Shown here one piece after another: positions 11,611-22,913 of a DNA stretch of 64,000 nt. Below the pieces are notes generated by a model. It made no database searches. It was not told the DNA's origin and was given only the letters and a program-made list of their open reading frames with translations. The position numbers and the translations under genes were made by a program. Origin of the DNA: Eutreptiella sp. 'Long Island Sound 2002'. Its lineage: Eukaryota; Protista; Euglenida. Where the stretch lies: the NCBI GenBank assembly GCA_964036045.1, contig OZ038378.1, positions 13,082,001-13,146,000 on the forward strand, read 5' to 3'. How positions within the stretch are numbered: the first letter of the stretch is position 1; every line of letters starts with the position of its first letter.

Positions 11611-13599
11611 GTGTAGGGCTGCAAGGACACCGTACCATAGGCTCTTGTTGTCCCTGTAACGCCACCAGCGCCTCACCAGGAGGATATTGGCGTTCAATGG
11701 GTGAGGGGGGCGCCTCACTAGAGGCCTGTGGCGCCCCCCTAACGAGGCCAGCACCACACAAGGAGGATGTTGGCGCCAAGCTGCTACGGGGGGGGGGGGG
11801 GCTCACTATAGGCTTTTGGCCGGGAGTAGGAGAGGTTGCTCAACTTACCGATTGTTGGGGCCATGTCATTTCATGGCCCAAGGTGCACGGGGGAGGGTCC
11901 CAACTTTCGCCCCCGGAGGTTCTTTGGTGTTGTGTGCGCTTTTGTTGGGGGGGGGTCAGTGCTGCAGTTTGGGGGGGGGGTAGCTGTTTTCATGGAACGT
12001 GTGGGTTGTTCCGAGGAAGGTGAGCAGCCTTCCTCTGGCAAAACCCAGCGCGCCTCTATGATGGGGAACCACTACTTTGGGAGCGTGGGGGGGGGGGGGG
12101 AAGGGGGGGGGGTCAAGCGGGGGGGGGGGGGGGGGACGACGTCCCCAAGGGGCCATAAAATGGAGGCACGGCCAAGGGAAGTCCTCCGTCTTACCTCCGC
12201 CAGAGCAAGACGGGCGTTGTGGCGCATACCTGAGAACGCCCCTCTGGCCAAGCCGTACCGGTCCAGACGCCGATATGCGCGGAGTTACGGTCCGATCCAC
12301 CGGCCAGGTCCCTGTCGTCCGCCCCGATGGCCCCGGTCCACCCGAGTCAGCTGATCTAGGGAAGGCCGAAGGTGACGCGGATTGCCCCGGGGGCTTCACC
12401 CCCAACTAAAGCACATCGCTAGGCAAGTAGAACGCGGCCCAGCACGTCTATGTGAGGCCGAGGACGTAATCACGCGGCCAACGGTGGCCATTAAGGGGGC
12501 GGCCCTCGGGGTTCCAGGGCTACGTGCACCCCTGTAGGCTGTGCGGGGGCGGGGCTTGGGCAGCAACAATGAGGACGGCACTAAATGCGGAGTGTAGCGT
12601 GGCGCTCCATGCCAAGACGGCTGCTCCGCGGAGGCTTGCCTTCATGTACCTGCCACTTCCGCCTTGGTGGATGGTCTAGAGGCAGTGTGTGACAGGGAGG
12701 AGGGCCGTTAGCATGTGCTGGCACACGCTGTCCAGGATGATGACCTCGTCCTCCACGTTTCGCGAGAGGCACCTGCCCACCGAGTATACGTAGAGGACTA
12801 GAGAGTGGCCTTGCAGTTGGCGTAGGACCCCCTGGGGGTATGCCACTTCGAGGTCATAGGTGCCCAAAAGATGGAAAATCACGTCGCAAGCCGGCCAGCG
12901 AGGGGTGCCGGACGTGTGGAGGTAGGCGTGTGGATAGAGGGTACGTTTGGGAGAGAGAGTGGCTCGATAAGGAGGAGCACATGTACGCTATGGCGTTTGT
13001 GCAAGATGCTGGTGTTGACGATCGCGTCCCAAAGGAGGCGCCGGGTCCCATCACGGGTGACCCATCATGGGTGACGTGGAGGAGGGCTATGCAGTGGGAA
13101 GTGCTGATGTTGCCGAGTCGGCCAATAGTAAATGTAGGCAAAGTGCTATGAGCAGGAGCCCCAAAGATGGCCAAGAAAAAGGGGGCGTCCCCCCAAAACA
13201 CGAGCACTCACTATGTTGTGGCTCAGCATCGGCGCCATACAGTACACCGCTTGGGGTGTTGGGCCGCTGTCCATCGATGATAGTGCGCCAAAGGGAGAGT
13301 GTCAAGGGGGCAAGCCAACACATGGTCGCCTGACGCGAATTGCTCGCAGAGAGGGCACAGTTCCGTGCGGGGGGCAAGAGAGAGAATCTCAGCCTACCAC
13401 ATGGTAGCCCCATGATATGAGGCCATGCCGCACCACCTCGTCATACCCCTCCGGGCTAGAGCCCCGGGGCTCGAGGCCTTGGCTAGGGCGGAGTGTGCAG
13501 TCTTGATGGCTCGTAGTGCCGGGACCACGGGGTTGTGGACTTGGTGGCCCACATGCGAGAAGCAAATACGCGGTTCCTATGGTTCCAAACATGCAGGCA

Positions 13600-14060
13600 A
13601 GCCAAGGCAGTTTTCCGCAGTCGTTGCCACGACCTTGTCCACCATGTCAAGCAGCGAATCGAGCCATGTACCGGCGAGGGGTGAATAGAGGTGACTCGGA
13701 GGCGCATGTCGTGTGGCCAATGACCGGCAAGCCCTGGTTAGTTCTCCTTGGAGAGAGTTGTCCGTTTCATTGCGGCTTTCTTGGGCGTCAATGTAGGATT
13801 TGTAATCGGCGAATTGCCATTTGTCGGCACGGAATGCGAATGTAGAGGCACTCACCTGACCCCTCGCCGTCAAGGCCACCCGGGCCGTGCAGAATTCTGC
13901 CGTGTAGGAATCGTCTAGGCAGAGCGCGATGGGAATCGGGTAGACCATGTATCGCAGCGTGCGGGGGCAGAAGACAGCCACCGCTCCGCCGCATTGTCTG
14001 GTTGTGGGGCACCGGGCGGCGTTGTGGACGACGCCGTACTGAGCAGGAAGCCAATTGAAG
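13600..14060 (-). pseudogene. RNase H domain of the retrotransposon
   Basis: QCGGAVAVF...LDDSYTAEFCTARVAL...FRADKWQFADYKSYID...HLYSPLAGTWLDSLLDMVD follows the RNase H acidic-residue spacing. Confidence 0.65.
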
Positions 14061-14999
14061 AATAGCACGAGGCCTAAATGCCCGTGCAAGCAGAAACCGG
14101 GGGCAAGGTGCCCAGCAGGGGGCTAGGAGTCATGGTGGTACGTGGCCAGCTGGTACGCCGCGCGGTCTCTGCGTCCCGGAGCCCGGCAGTCATCCATGCG
14201 TGGGTAGCGGCGACCTCTAGCGGGGGCCAGGCTAGCGCCATGACGTGCTGGTGCTCTGGGAGCTCGTCTCCGCTCGGGAGGTGGATGGATATGTTGCTGT
14301 GGCGATAGGGGGCCACAAAGGCAACCTGGTCTGTTGGGTGTGCTCAGCAGGTCCTCCCGAACTTGTTGTCCAAGCAGGGGTGGCGCAAGTGGAACCGCCA
14401 CGGCGCCGTGAGCAAGCCGTGTCTTGTGGAGTGGCGGACGAGGGGGTTGGCATGGTTGAGGTGACAGGTGTTGAGGGCGAAAAAGTTGGAGTACCCGACC
14501 ACTGGGGAGGGAGGGATTCCAAGTCCCCCTTCAACGATGTCCCGAAGGAAATGGCCTGAGGGCTCGATGTTCCATCCCGCTGTGGTGCGGATGGCGGACA
14601 CCGCCATGGCATCTAGTATGTGGAGGGCACGGGGCGCGGGAGGCTGGATCCTCGTGAACCAATTGACTGGACAATGGTACTTTGTACAGAACATAGCCGT
14701 TGGGTACCGGGCCGGTAGACAAGGGACGTGGAGGGCGCGGTTGGCAACGCGGGCACTCGCGAACATGCGGTGGGAGTCCATGTGGTGGAACACGTGTGGG
14801 AGAGTGTGTCTTCTGAGCACCCAGACGTATTCGTGGGCGTCCGCACAACAAACCGGATGCCCGTTGAGGTGGACAATTTCCCGTAGGAATACCACGTGGT
14901 TGTGATGCATGGCGGTGCCCATGAGGATGGTTTTTGTGGGGCCGGATTGCAGGTTTGTCTTGCGGCCTCGTGGAAGCATTTCTTGTCCCCCAAAAAGTC

Positions 15000-15640
15000 A
15001 TTGTGCATCGTCCATGAGCAAGACCCTGTGTTACTTCCCTGCCGGTGTGCACAGCGGTGGAATTCCCCGGCACGCCTGTTGGCCGCGTACCTCTTTGCAA
15101 ACACATTATTTCATCCCGGATATCGGGCATCCTTGCCCTGTGCCGGCTCCAAGGTGTGTGGCCGAGGGTGCTTTGCCGTCTGCGCCGCCCATGTGGATAT
15201 GTAGGTCTTGGTCATGTCTTTGTGGGACACGGGCATCCGTGTCTTTGAGGCCTGCCGATACAAGCACCATGTGCTCTGTGCGGTGACTGAGGGACCCGTA
15301 GGCATGCCGGACGTCATCTGATAGCACCCAGGCCTCCGATTGCTGCCTCCATTGATCCCACCATACATCATGCAGCACGCGGAGGAGCTCGACAGATGAA
15401 CAGCTAGGGTGCATCCAAAATTGATGCGGTGGTAGCACACCTCGATGGACAAGTTTGGGTTGGTAATTATCTTCGAGGACCGCCGCAATTATTTTCCACA
15501 AAGTGGATAGGCGGGTCACGGGGTGGCCATTGGCCACCAGCCCGTGCGGGTTCTTCTTCGGCAGGTTAATGAAATCGGGAGAGTGGATTTGCCGGACCGG
15601 GGTGCCACCGAGGACAACGTCGATCAAGTCAACCACGGCG
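15000..15640 (-). pseudogene. LINE-type reverse transcriptase domain (frameshifted)
   Basis: LPKK, HPVTRLSTLWKII, LSDDVRHAYGSL, GTGQGCPISG motifs in order; catalytic-position LMDD at 15018-15007 in a shifted frame. Confidence 0.85.
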
Positions 15641-16399
15641 GATAACTGCGGGTCCTAAAGCGAGATGTAGAGCTTGTACTCCAAAAGGTCGTGGTAGGGG
15701 GCTGCAGCTGCCGCAAGGCGGAGGATCATGCGGAGGTCGGCGACAGTGGCGGTCGGCGGGGGTCCTAGAGGGGACCCCGTCGAACCTGTGATCTCGCGTA
15801 CCTGGTCGGGTGATAGGTATTTCAAGGGGGCCAGATGTCGCTGGCGGAGCTGGTCTAGGGCTACCGCTCCCTGCCGGTGCAAGGAGACAAGGGTGCCAAC
15901 AACATAAACTGCGTCGGCCGATGCCATGTATTGTTTCCCCATTGTGCGCCGGTAGTCCTTCTTGGTTGGCTGCTACGGTCCCTGGGACCGGGGCGCCAAC
16001 CCAATGTCTTGCTCCAACGTGAGGATGTCCCATGCCGCTCGGATCTCTTCCTTCATCCGGGATACTTCCAACAAACAAGGGGGTGTGGTAGGGCAAGTCT
16101 AGGTGGGCAGCTATGTACTGTTGGAGGCAAAGAATAGGGCCCCACACAGCGGCCGGCATGGGGCGTGCGGCCTGTGGCGGGCCATAGGCCACAGTGGTTG
16201 CCTCCGAAAGCGCGGAGGCAACTTTCATCAACTGCATCACGGTGCCGGGCGCGGGCGGGCACAGCAAGATTCGTTCTTGGAAGGCGTATTTGAGGGCCTG
16301 GAGCTATGACAATAGTGGTTTGCCAAGGATGGTGTATCACCCGCGGTGGGATGGGTACACAGGCTGCGGGGAGAGGAAGGGAGTGAATGGTGGAGGTGA

Positions 16400-17055
16400 C
16401 TAGGGGGGTGGTCAAATGGAAAGCCCGAGGCAGAGCGCACCACCGTGGTGTGGGCAGCTTCTGCAAGGGATCGGACAAAGATATGATTGAGGGCCCCGGT
16501 AAATCCTTGCGGGCTCACCCATGTGGGGGCCTCCAGAAGGGGGGCTAGCCGGCGTAGCCCGAGCCGGGTTGAAGTGGGGAGCAGCACATCGCCTAGAGGG
16601 GGGGGCTACATCGGGAGGCGAGGTGCCCAGGAGCAATTGGCGTTGAGGTCACCGGTAAGGACCACCATCCGGGCGGGGGTAAGGAGTATGTGAGGGTAAA
16701 TCTAGTCCAGGATCTCGCATGACCTCAAGGTTGCCGTCTACTAGCAGGTAGACATTGGCTTGGCTATGGGTTACCTAGTTCACGGTGAAGTGGGTGATAA
16801 GGGCATGGCCAGAGGGGTGGGTGTGGTGCCCGCTGATGGTCATGTAGGGGCTCAGAATAGCATGGTTGTGCACCCACCAGCGGTGTGTGCCATGGCCTTT
16901 ACAACGTGGTGTAGCGGCTGGATGGGCATCAGGATCTGCGGGCGTGTTTCTTGCAGGTGGCGGGATAGGGGGAACTGATACTGACGGATCATGGCGTCGA
17001 GGGCACGGAGCTGTGGACACAGGGACATTTGGATGTTGAGGGTGATCACATCGGG
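16400..17055 (-). pseudogene. APE (exonuclease III-like) endonuclease domain of the retrotransposon
   Basis: DVITLNIQ...HLQET at the N-terminus and ALNHIFV...FDHPP at the C-terminus match the APE NV..LQET and D.I...SDH motifs. Confidence 0.75.
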
Positions 17056-17299
17056 GCGGGGGCTAGGATTCGCAGTCTGCGGCGCGCCGGTCGTGAGCGC
17101 CGGGGGTATATCGTGCGCCGCGTGCAGCCTGCAGGCGATGGCGGGAGGTAGAGCCTTCAGGAGACCCTTGGCCGAGCATCGGAGGTGCCAAGGCACGTAC
17201 ACGGCAGCCACAAGACCAGAAAGCTGGTTCGGGTGAGGCGGGTGGTGGTAGCCGAGACACGGTTGTGTATGGAAGCTGGGAGGAATAGATGGTGGTGCT

Positions 17300-20200
17300 C
17301 TGGGAGGCTGTAGGATAAAAGTGGCACGCATGTTTCGGCAAATTGCAGTTGGTGTGTTCCGGTGATTTGCACATAGTGCACTGCACCGGTCAGCCGGAAA
17401 ACCTTTCTAGGCTAGGTGTCAGCCTCCATGCTGGCCCTGTAATAGTGCATCCCCGCGGGCAGGTGGAGGGCGAAGTGCGGAGAATAGGGGGGGGGGGACG
17501 AGTAGAGTTGTGTCTAGCGGGGGTATGGCGATGAGTCCCCACTCCCTTAGGGGGGAGGTAGGTGTGAAGGGCCAGAGGTGGAGGTCAGCTGCTTTGGACG
17601 CACTTTGCAAGAGGGAGTGGCGCACACCGGCCACCGCATCGGCGACGTCCTCATTGCGTGCCCCTGAGCTTGGCGGGGCGGGTCATCTGTCATGGGGGCA
17701 CCGGCCGAAGTACGGCCGATACCAATGAAGGTCTGTGGGCGGGCTCCACGACGGCGGGGCATACGGGTTGTGCGACATGGCAAGTCAAGGGTCGGAGAGG
17801 CTTCCTACATATGGGTAGGGCAGCAAGGGGGCAGCCGTGTGGCGCTCTTGGCGGCCATGGCGGTCCGGGCGGCCGGGCCGGTCCTCTTCGTAGGTGCTGT
17901 GACGCCGAGGTGGGGATTCGTCCGGGCTGCGGCGACAGGGTGGCGCCCTACCCTCTCTAGTTGAGGGGTTGTGGCGCCGGCGGTACTTAGCTGACAGTTC
18001 ATCGTCGGAGTCACAGTGCGTTAGGTCCACCTCGGTGTCGCTGGTCGTCCGGTGGCGGCCTTTTTGGCCGCGCAACCCGAGATGTTGCCTTTTCGGGTGG
18101 TCGCGGTCCTGAGCCGGTGTCCACAGTGTGAAGGGCTGGCACTTGCCCACGACAATTACCACCCTCTTGCGGTGTGATGCTTGACCAAGCGCATGCCGCG
18201 CTCGTAGTCTCCCGGTTTGATACCGACAATAGTAAATATGACAGTATGGTTGAGGTGGGCTTCGCTGATTGGCACCGGACCGAACCCAAATTTGTCATGC
18301 AGGATGCCTCCCGGCAATCCCACATCGACCTCCCCAGGTGGGGGGTCCTCCACCTCCTGCCAACCAACCCACAACGCTTTCGAGTATCTGGCGGGGTCGA
18401 TTTTTTTGCGGGGTGTATGCTTGCTTTTGCGCGGTCCCAAACTCCCGGTTCGCAGCAGTGGCGGCCTTGGGTTGGACCGTGAGGTCATCTAGAAGTGGTT
18501 GGACGTGTGGAGGATGCGCAATGAAGTCCTGCAGGTCCACCTCAATGCCCGGTAGGGTGGAGGCGTTGGTGTTCAGCCATTCCCAACGGCTGCGGATGGG
18601 TGCCTGGGGGAGGAGGCTTGCCTTGGTACCATATTGCCGGTACACTTTTAGGTGCACAGTGTGAGCCACTTCGTCGGCGCACCCCTGTGGGATAGTCGGA
18701 ATACAGCTCGGGAAGTCCACTAAAACTGCACTGGTTGAGGGGTGGAGGGTGGTTGTGGGGCACCCGGGGCCGTGGTCAGTGCCGTCGGACCAGTGGCCAT
18801 GCGGAGGGGGGGGGGGGGGGTAACGGGGGCTGGGACAACAAATGAGAAGCTGGGGGCGGGCGGTGCGTGTCCACTTTTTGCAACTGCCTGCCGCAGCACC
18901 TCTGCAAGCGCGGCAAAATTCGGGGCTTGTGGTGAGACAGAGACTGGTGCTGCTGAAATCACTAGGGCGAGCGCCAAAAATTGAGGCTAGTTTGGGGCTG
19001 GCAACTCGAACGTGGGGGGCACCGAGTTGCGAACGGCCGTAGCCAAACGGGCCGGCATGCCTTGGAGGCCACACAACAGGGTGGCAATAGACAGCAGGTG
19101 GGAGAGGGACCTAGTGAACGTGCCTAGCTTGCTTGCTTCCGCTTGCCGTTGGGCTGCTGCTAGCTGCTGGACTTGTGCTTGAGCGTCATCGCGCTCACCG
19201 CGGGCGCGGTCTATGTCGTGCTGCAGGGATTGGAGGTCGCCTTGCGTGACCCGGAGCCTCCGTTGCAGTTCAGCGTAGCTGGCTTGGAGCCGTTCGTGGT
19301 CGGATGTGGGGTCCGGGGCAAGGGCTGGGTTCTTGAGGGAGCAGGTGTGGGCTGGTGGGCGTTGGCTCGGCCGCGTGGTCTTGGGGGATGGGGGAGTGGG
19401 ATGCGGTGCCCGCCCCCGCCACCTTGACGGCGGTTCGGGTATGGAGAAGGACAACTTTGGGGCACCGGGCTCGCACCGACCGGTAGAGGGTAGACACGGG
19501 CACGAATGCCGAGGGGGTGAACAACACGCCTGCCGGATTGGGGGCTTGCGGACCGCGCGTGAGGTACGAGGCATGACTTGGGGGGGTGAGGGCTGGCGGC
19601 GCGGCGGTGTCTTGTATGACCGCCTATATCATGACAGACGTGGGGGCGGTGGCCCGGGAATGTTCCTCCGTTTGCTTGATCTAATGCAACAGCTCCGCAC
19701 CGCGGATCGGCAGGACAGAGTATTCAAGGAGGGGGTGGAGCTCGTCCGGCGACTAGAGTCCCTTGTTCGTTAGCGGGGGGCGGGGGGGTGATGCCGAGGG
19801 TGCAGCAGTGAGCTAGCCTGTGAGGCACACCGAGGAAGCCCATGCGAGCAAGTGGTGCTTGAGGGGAATCAACTCCGTAGTTGGTATCTGGGCTGCCTAG
19901 AAAACATTGTGGATGTCATTGGGTAGCGCCCGGACAGGACCTCACGCACTTTGAGTCGGTCCCACGTCGGTCGGAGGTGCTCCGGCAGGGACTGGGATAT
20001 GGGCTTCTGTAGTTGGTGCGTCACCTTTGGATTCTGCATGTCCGGGGCCGTATCAGCGTCTGGGGACAGGGCTTTCTCCTTGGGGTGGTACATTTGGTTG
20101 AGAGTGAGATACGTGAGCAGGGTCGGGGAAATTGGGGCGTGGCTAGGGCTCCAGCGGGTGACCGGGCCGGATGTAGCCGAGCCAAGATCCTTGGAGACGT

Positions 20201-21300
20201 ACTCCAGCAAGGGACCACCTTGCACTAGAGCGAGGGGGATGTGCTCAAAGACGCGAACATCCGCACCGTTCGCTGTGACGGTAGCGGTGGCCGTGAGCAT
20301 TAGCCCCCTGGGCGTCCACACCCCGGATATTGAGGTGATAGCCTGCACCGTGCCTTCAGTTGCTACCCAGCGCATGGCGTCGCAGAGTTCAGAGACTGCG
20401 GTGCCAGGGGCTTGCACGGCGCCCACCACGGCGTCGAGAGTAGTGTCGGTGATCATGTCCAGGTTCTGTAGTAAGTGGTTGGCGTCGTTAGAGCTCGCTA
20501 CATCCATGAGGAACTCCGGACACGGTCCTTGTCGGAGCGACGCCCCGGCAGGCCAACGGGGGGGGAGTGTGTGTGGAGTCCTGGGACGAGGGTGTAGACC
20601 GCCGAGACATGTTTCTGTGGGATATGAGTGGTATAAGGTGTCATTGAGTCCAACAACCGCCCTACCCTGTTCGGTGCACAGGAATACGCACGTCGCGGAA
20701 TGCGGTTACATGTGCCATGGAGATAATAACGCCACGGGAGTGGCCATTGTGTGGGGGCAGAATAGAAAGCATGAGAAAGCACCAAGAGTCGGGGTTGCTA
20801 CCGTGGAGCGCCCCGCCAGACGAGGGTCCCAGGGCATGGGGGGGGGGAGCGAAAGGGGGGTCCCGCGCCGGTGCGCCGGATTGCCACCCTGTGGGGGAGA
20901 GCGTGTACTGCGGGGAGCGTGGTTTGCCGAGAGAACGGGTCACGGCACCCCTGCACAAGGTGTCACGCGGAGAGGGCGGATATCGATATGCCGAATGCAA
21001 TCCACATCGCGGTCCTTCGCGGAGAGGTCTGGAACGTCATCATGGTGGGGTCGACGTTTGGCCAACAACGGGTACGATTTGCCGCGCCCGCTGCGGAGAG
21101 GTGGGGGCTGCACAAGGGGAGAGGCGCACAAGTGGTGCGGCACTTACCCTTGGAGACACATGAGCGAGAGTGGGAGGAGTGTGAAGAGTGAGCGAGACGT
21201 ACGGTGCGGGCACGATGGTTGCGCCGCCGGCTGCGACGTTGGCACAGAGCGGAGTCACGTGGCGGGACAACTTTCACGACGACTCATGTGAGGTGTCATG
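17300..21300 (-). pseudogene. Fragmented ORF1/Gag-like region of the retrotransposon
   Basis: Coiled coil (HERLQASYAELQRRLRVTQGDLQSLQHDIDRARGERDDAQAQVQQL), 212-aa open stretch 19869-20507, Arg/Asp-rich tract, and a CTMCKSPEHTNC knuckle-like motif at ~17340-17390. Confidence 0.6.
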
Positions 21301-22177
21301 AGCGGCCGGAGCCTGGCAATGCGTGCGGGCAATCCGTCCCACGGCTACCATCTTGCGAGTTTTTAGACTAGTGCCAGGTCACCAGAGGGGGGGGAGGGGG
21401 GGAAGGTGGGGGGCAGGGGGCAGGGGGTGGGGGGTAGGGGTGGCACACACAAGGAAGGCGGGTGCACACACAAGGAAGGCGGGTGCACATACAAGGCGGT
21501 GCATACATAAGGTACCAGGCATCACTCCACGCAGGAACACGCCGCGGGGGATGTGAACCGCGACCTAGGCCCACAGTATTTGTCTCACCACATCACGCGG
21601 ACCGGAAGAAACTAAGAAAGCCCTGAGGCGGAGTGGTGCACAAACAAGGCGGTCTGTGACCACCGCAGGAGTCTTGTTATTTAAGGGGGGTGCGGGGGCT
21701 GCCCCCCGCGTCGAGCGAAGCGAGTCGAGCCGTTGAAGGGGGGGTAGGCAGGGGGGGGGAGGAGGGGGGGGGGGGGGGGGGGGTAAGGGGGGAGTGGGGG
21801 GGGGGGTACGGGTGTGTGTGTGGGGGGGGGGGGGGCAAACTTGATTGTACGACATTACGCCAAGCTGTACATAGCATATCAAGAGCCCACAAACTTTGCA
21901 GTTTGAATCATGATCTTCCAGAACAAAGTAAAATGAAGATGTGACAACACAAACACTCTCTACAAACAATAGGGTTCCAGCCAATCGTGGAGAGAAACAC
22001 TAAGCACCAATATGTTATGATGGATAGTATGCACAAAGTCACCCTGACCCCGCGGGCTTGCCCCGCCCCGCCCTGGCTTCATCCCCACAGTGCAGCGAGG
22101 TCAAGTGCTCCTGAGCAGCGGTGGGGGCATGCAGGCACACATGTGAATGCACATATCCATGCTGTAACACAATACAG

Positions 22178-22180
<3 letters not shown>

Positions 22181-22212
<32 letters not shown>
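22181..22212. repeat. (CA)n microsatellite
   Basis: Directly visible. Confidence 0.95.
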
Positions 22213-22216
<4 letters not shown>

Positions 22217-22913
22217 CACATGCCAGTGGACATGGATGCAAATGCAATGTGCCATGTGGAGTGTATTACCGTGCAGGTGCGTCTTCTTGTTTAGAAGACA
22301 GCGCTGCTGAACGTCCAGTCAGCGGGTGTGCTGGATGAATTTTGCATGGCTGGACTGGGGCTATTTTGCCTCCCTGCAAAAAACAACATTTTGAGGGGAC
22401 GCTGATTGATGAACGGCACAGAACACAAGTGAAAGGTCTTCATGCCCACATCGCCTCTTTACCCCCGAAACGAAAACAGAGTAAGTAAGAGTGAAGCGAG
22501 ACAAGGCAACCTTTCTCTGTAAACACTCAAAAATTGTCTAGTCGATCCAAGGTACACCCCGCCTGACTGCTTGACACCCCCAGCACACCATTGTTGGCTG
22601 CCATGGTTCACGATTACAGGAGCAGGAGTGGGGGAGGCGGGTGCCCCTGCCGACATCCAGCGTTCGAAGGCTGGCAGGTTTTTTTCTTTTTAGGGCCCGT
22701 GGTCCTGGAGCACTCTCCGAAGTTCACGGTCATGCGCCCCAAGTGGGGTGGACTCCCCACAGGCAGTGATGCGGCAATGGTGTGCTGGGACTGTGCATTC
22801 CGCTCCAACCCACGAAGTTGCACTCTACCTCGCCAGGAACTCCTGTCGGGAACCGGCCACCCGCCCTCAGCGGACCATGAGCTACCGTTGGCTGACCACT
22901 AATCACCTGTCGC

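Larger units (their letters stand above)
11800..21371 (-). mobile_element. Decayed, apparently near full-length non-LTR retrotransposon (long ORF1, APE endonuclease, reverse transcriptase, RNase H)
   Basis: Collinear minus-strand domain remnants: coiled-coil and Cys/His ORF1 pieces (17300-21300), APE (16400-17055), RT (15000-15640), RNase H (13600-14060). Many frameshifts and stops; the ends are approximate. Confidence 0.85.

Noticed and set aside
5404-11806. Dozens of overlapping Cys/Ala/Gly/Arg-rich ORFs of 100-290 aa
   Set aside because: Open in all six frames because the GC-rich 23-bp repeat rarely forms stops; the period is not a multiple of 3.
20540-20810. Possible 2A-like ribosome-skipping peptide as in L1Tc/Ingi elements (CLGGLHPRP; GGALHGSNP)
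   Set aside because: No intact D(V/I)ExNPGP motif; the resemblance needs an assumed frameshift.
19951-21291. 446-aa plus-strand ORF
   Set aside because: Antisense to the retrotransposon ORF1 in GC-rich DNA, with no recognisable domain.
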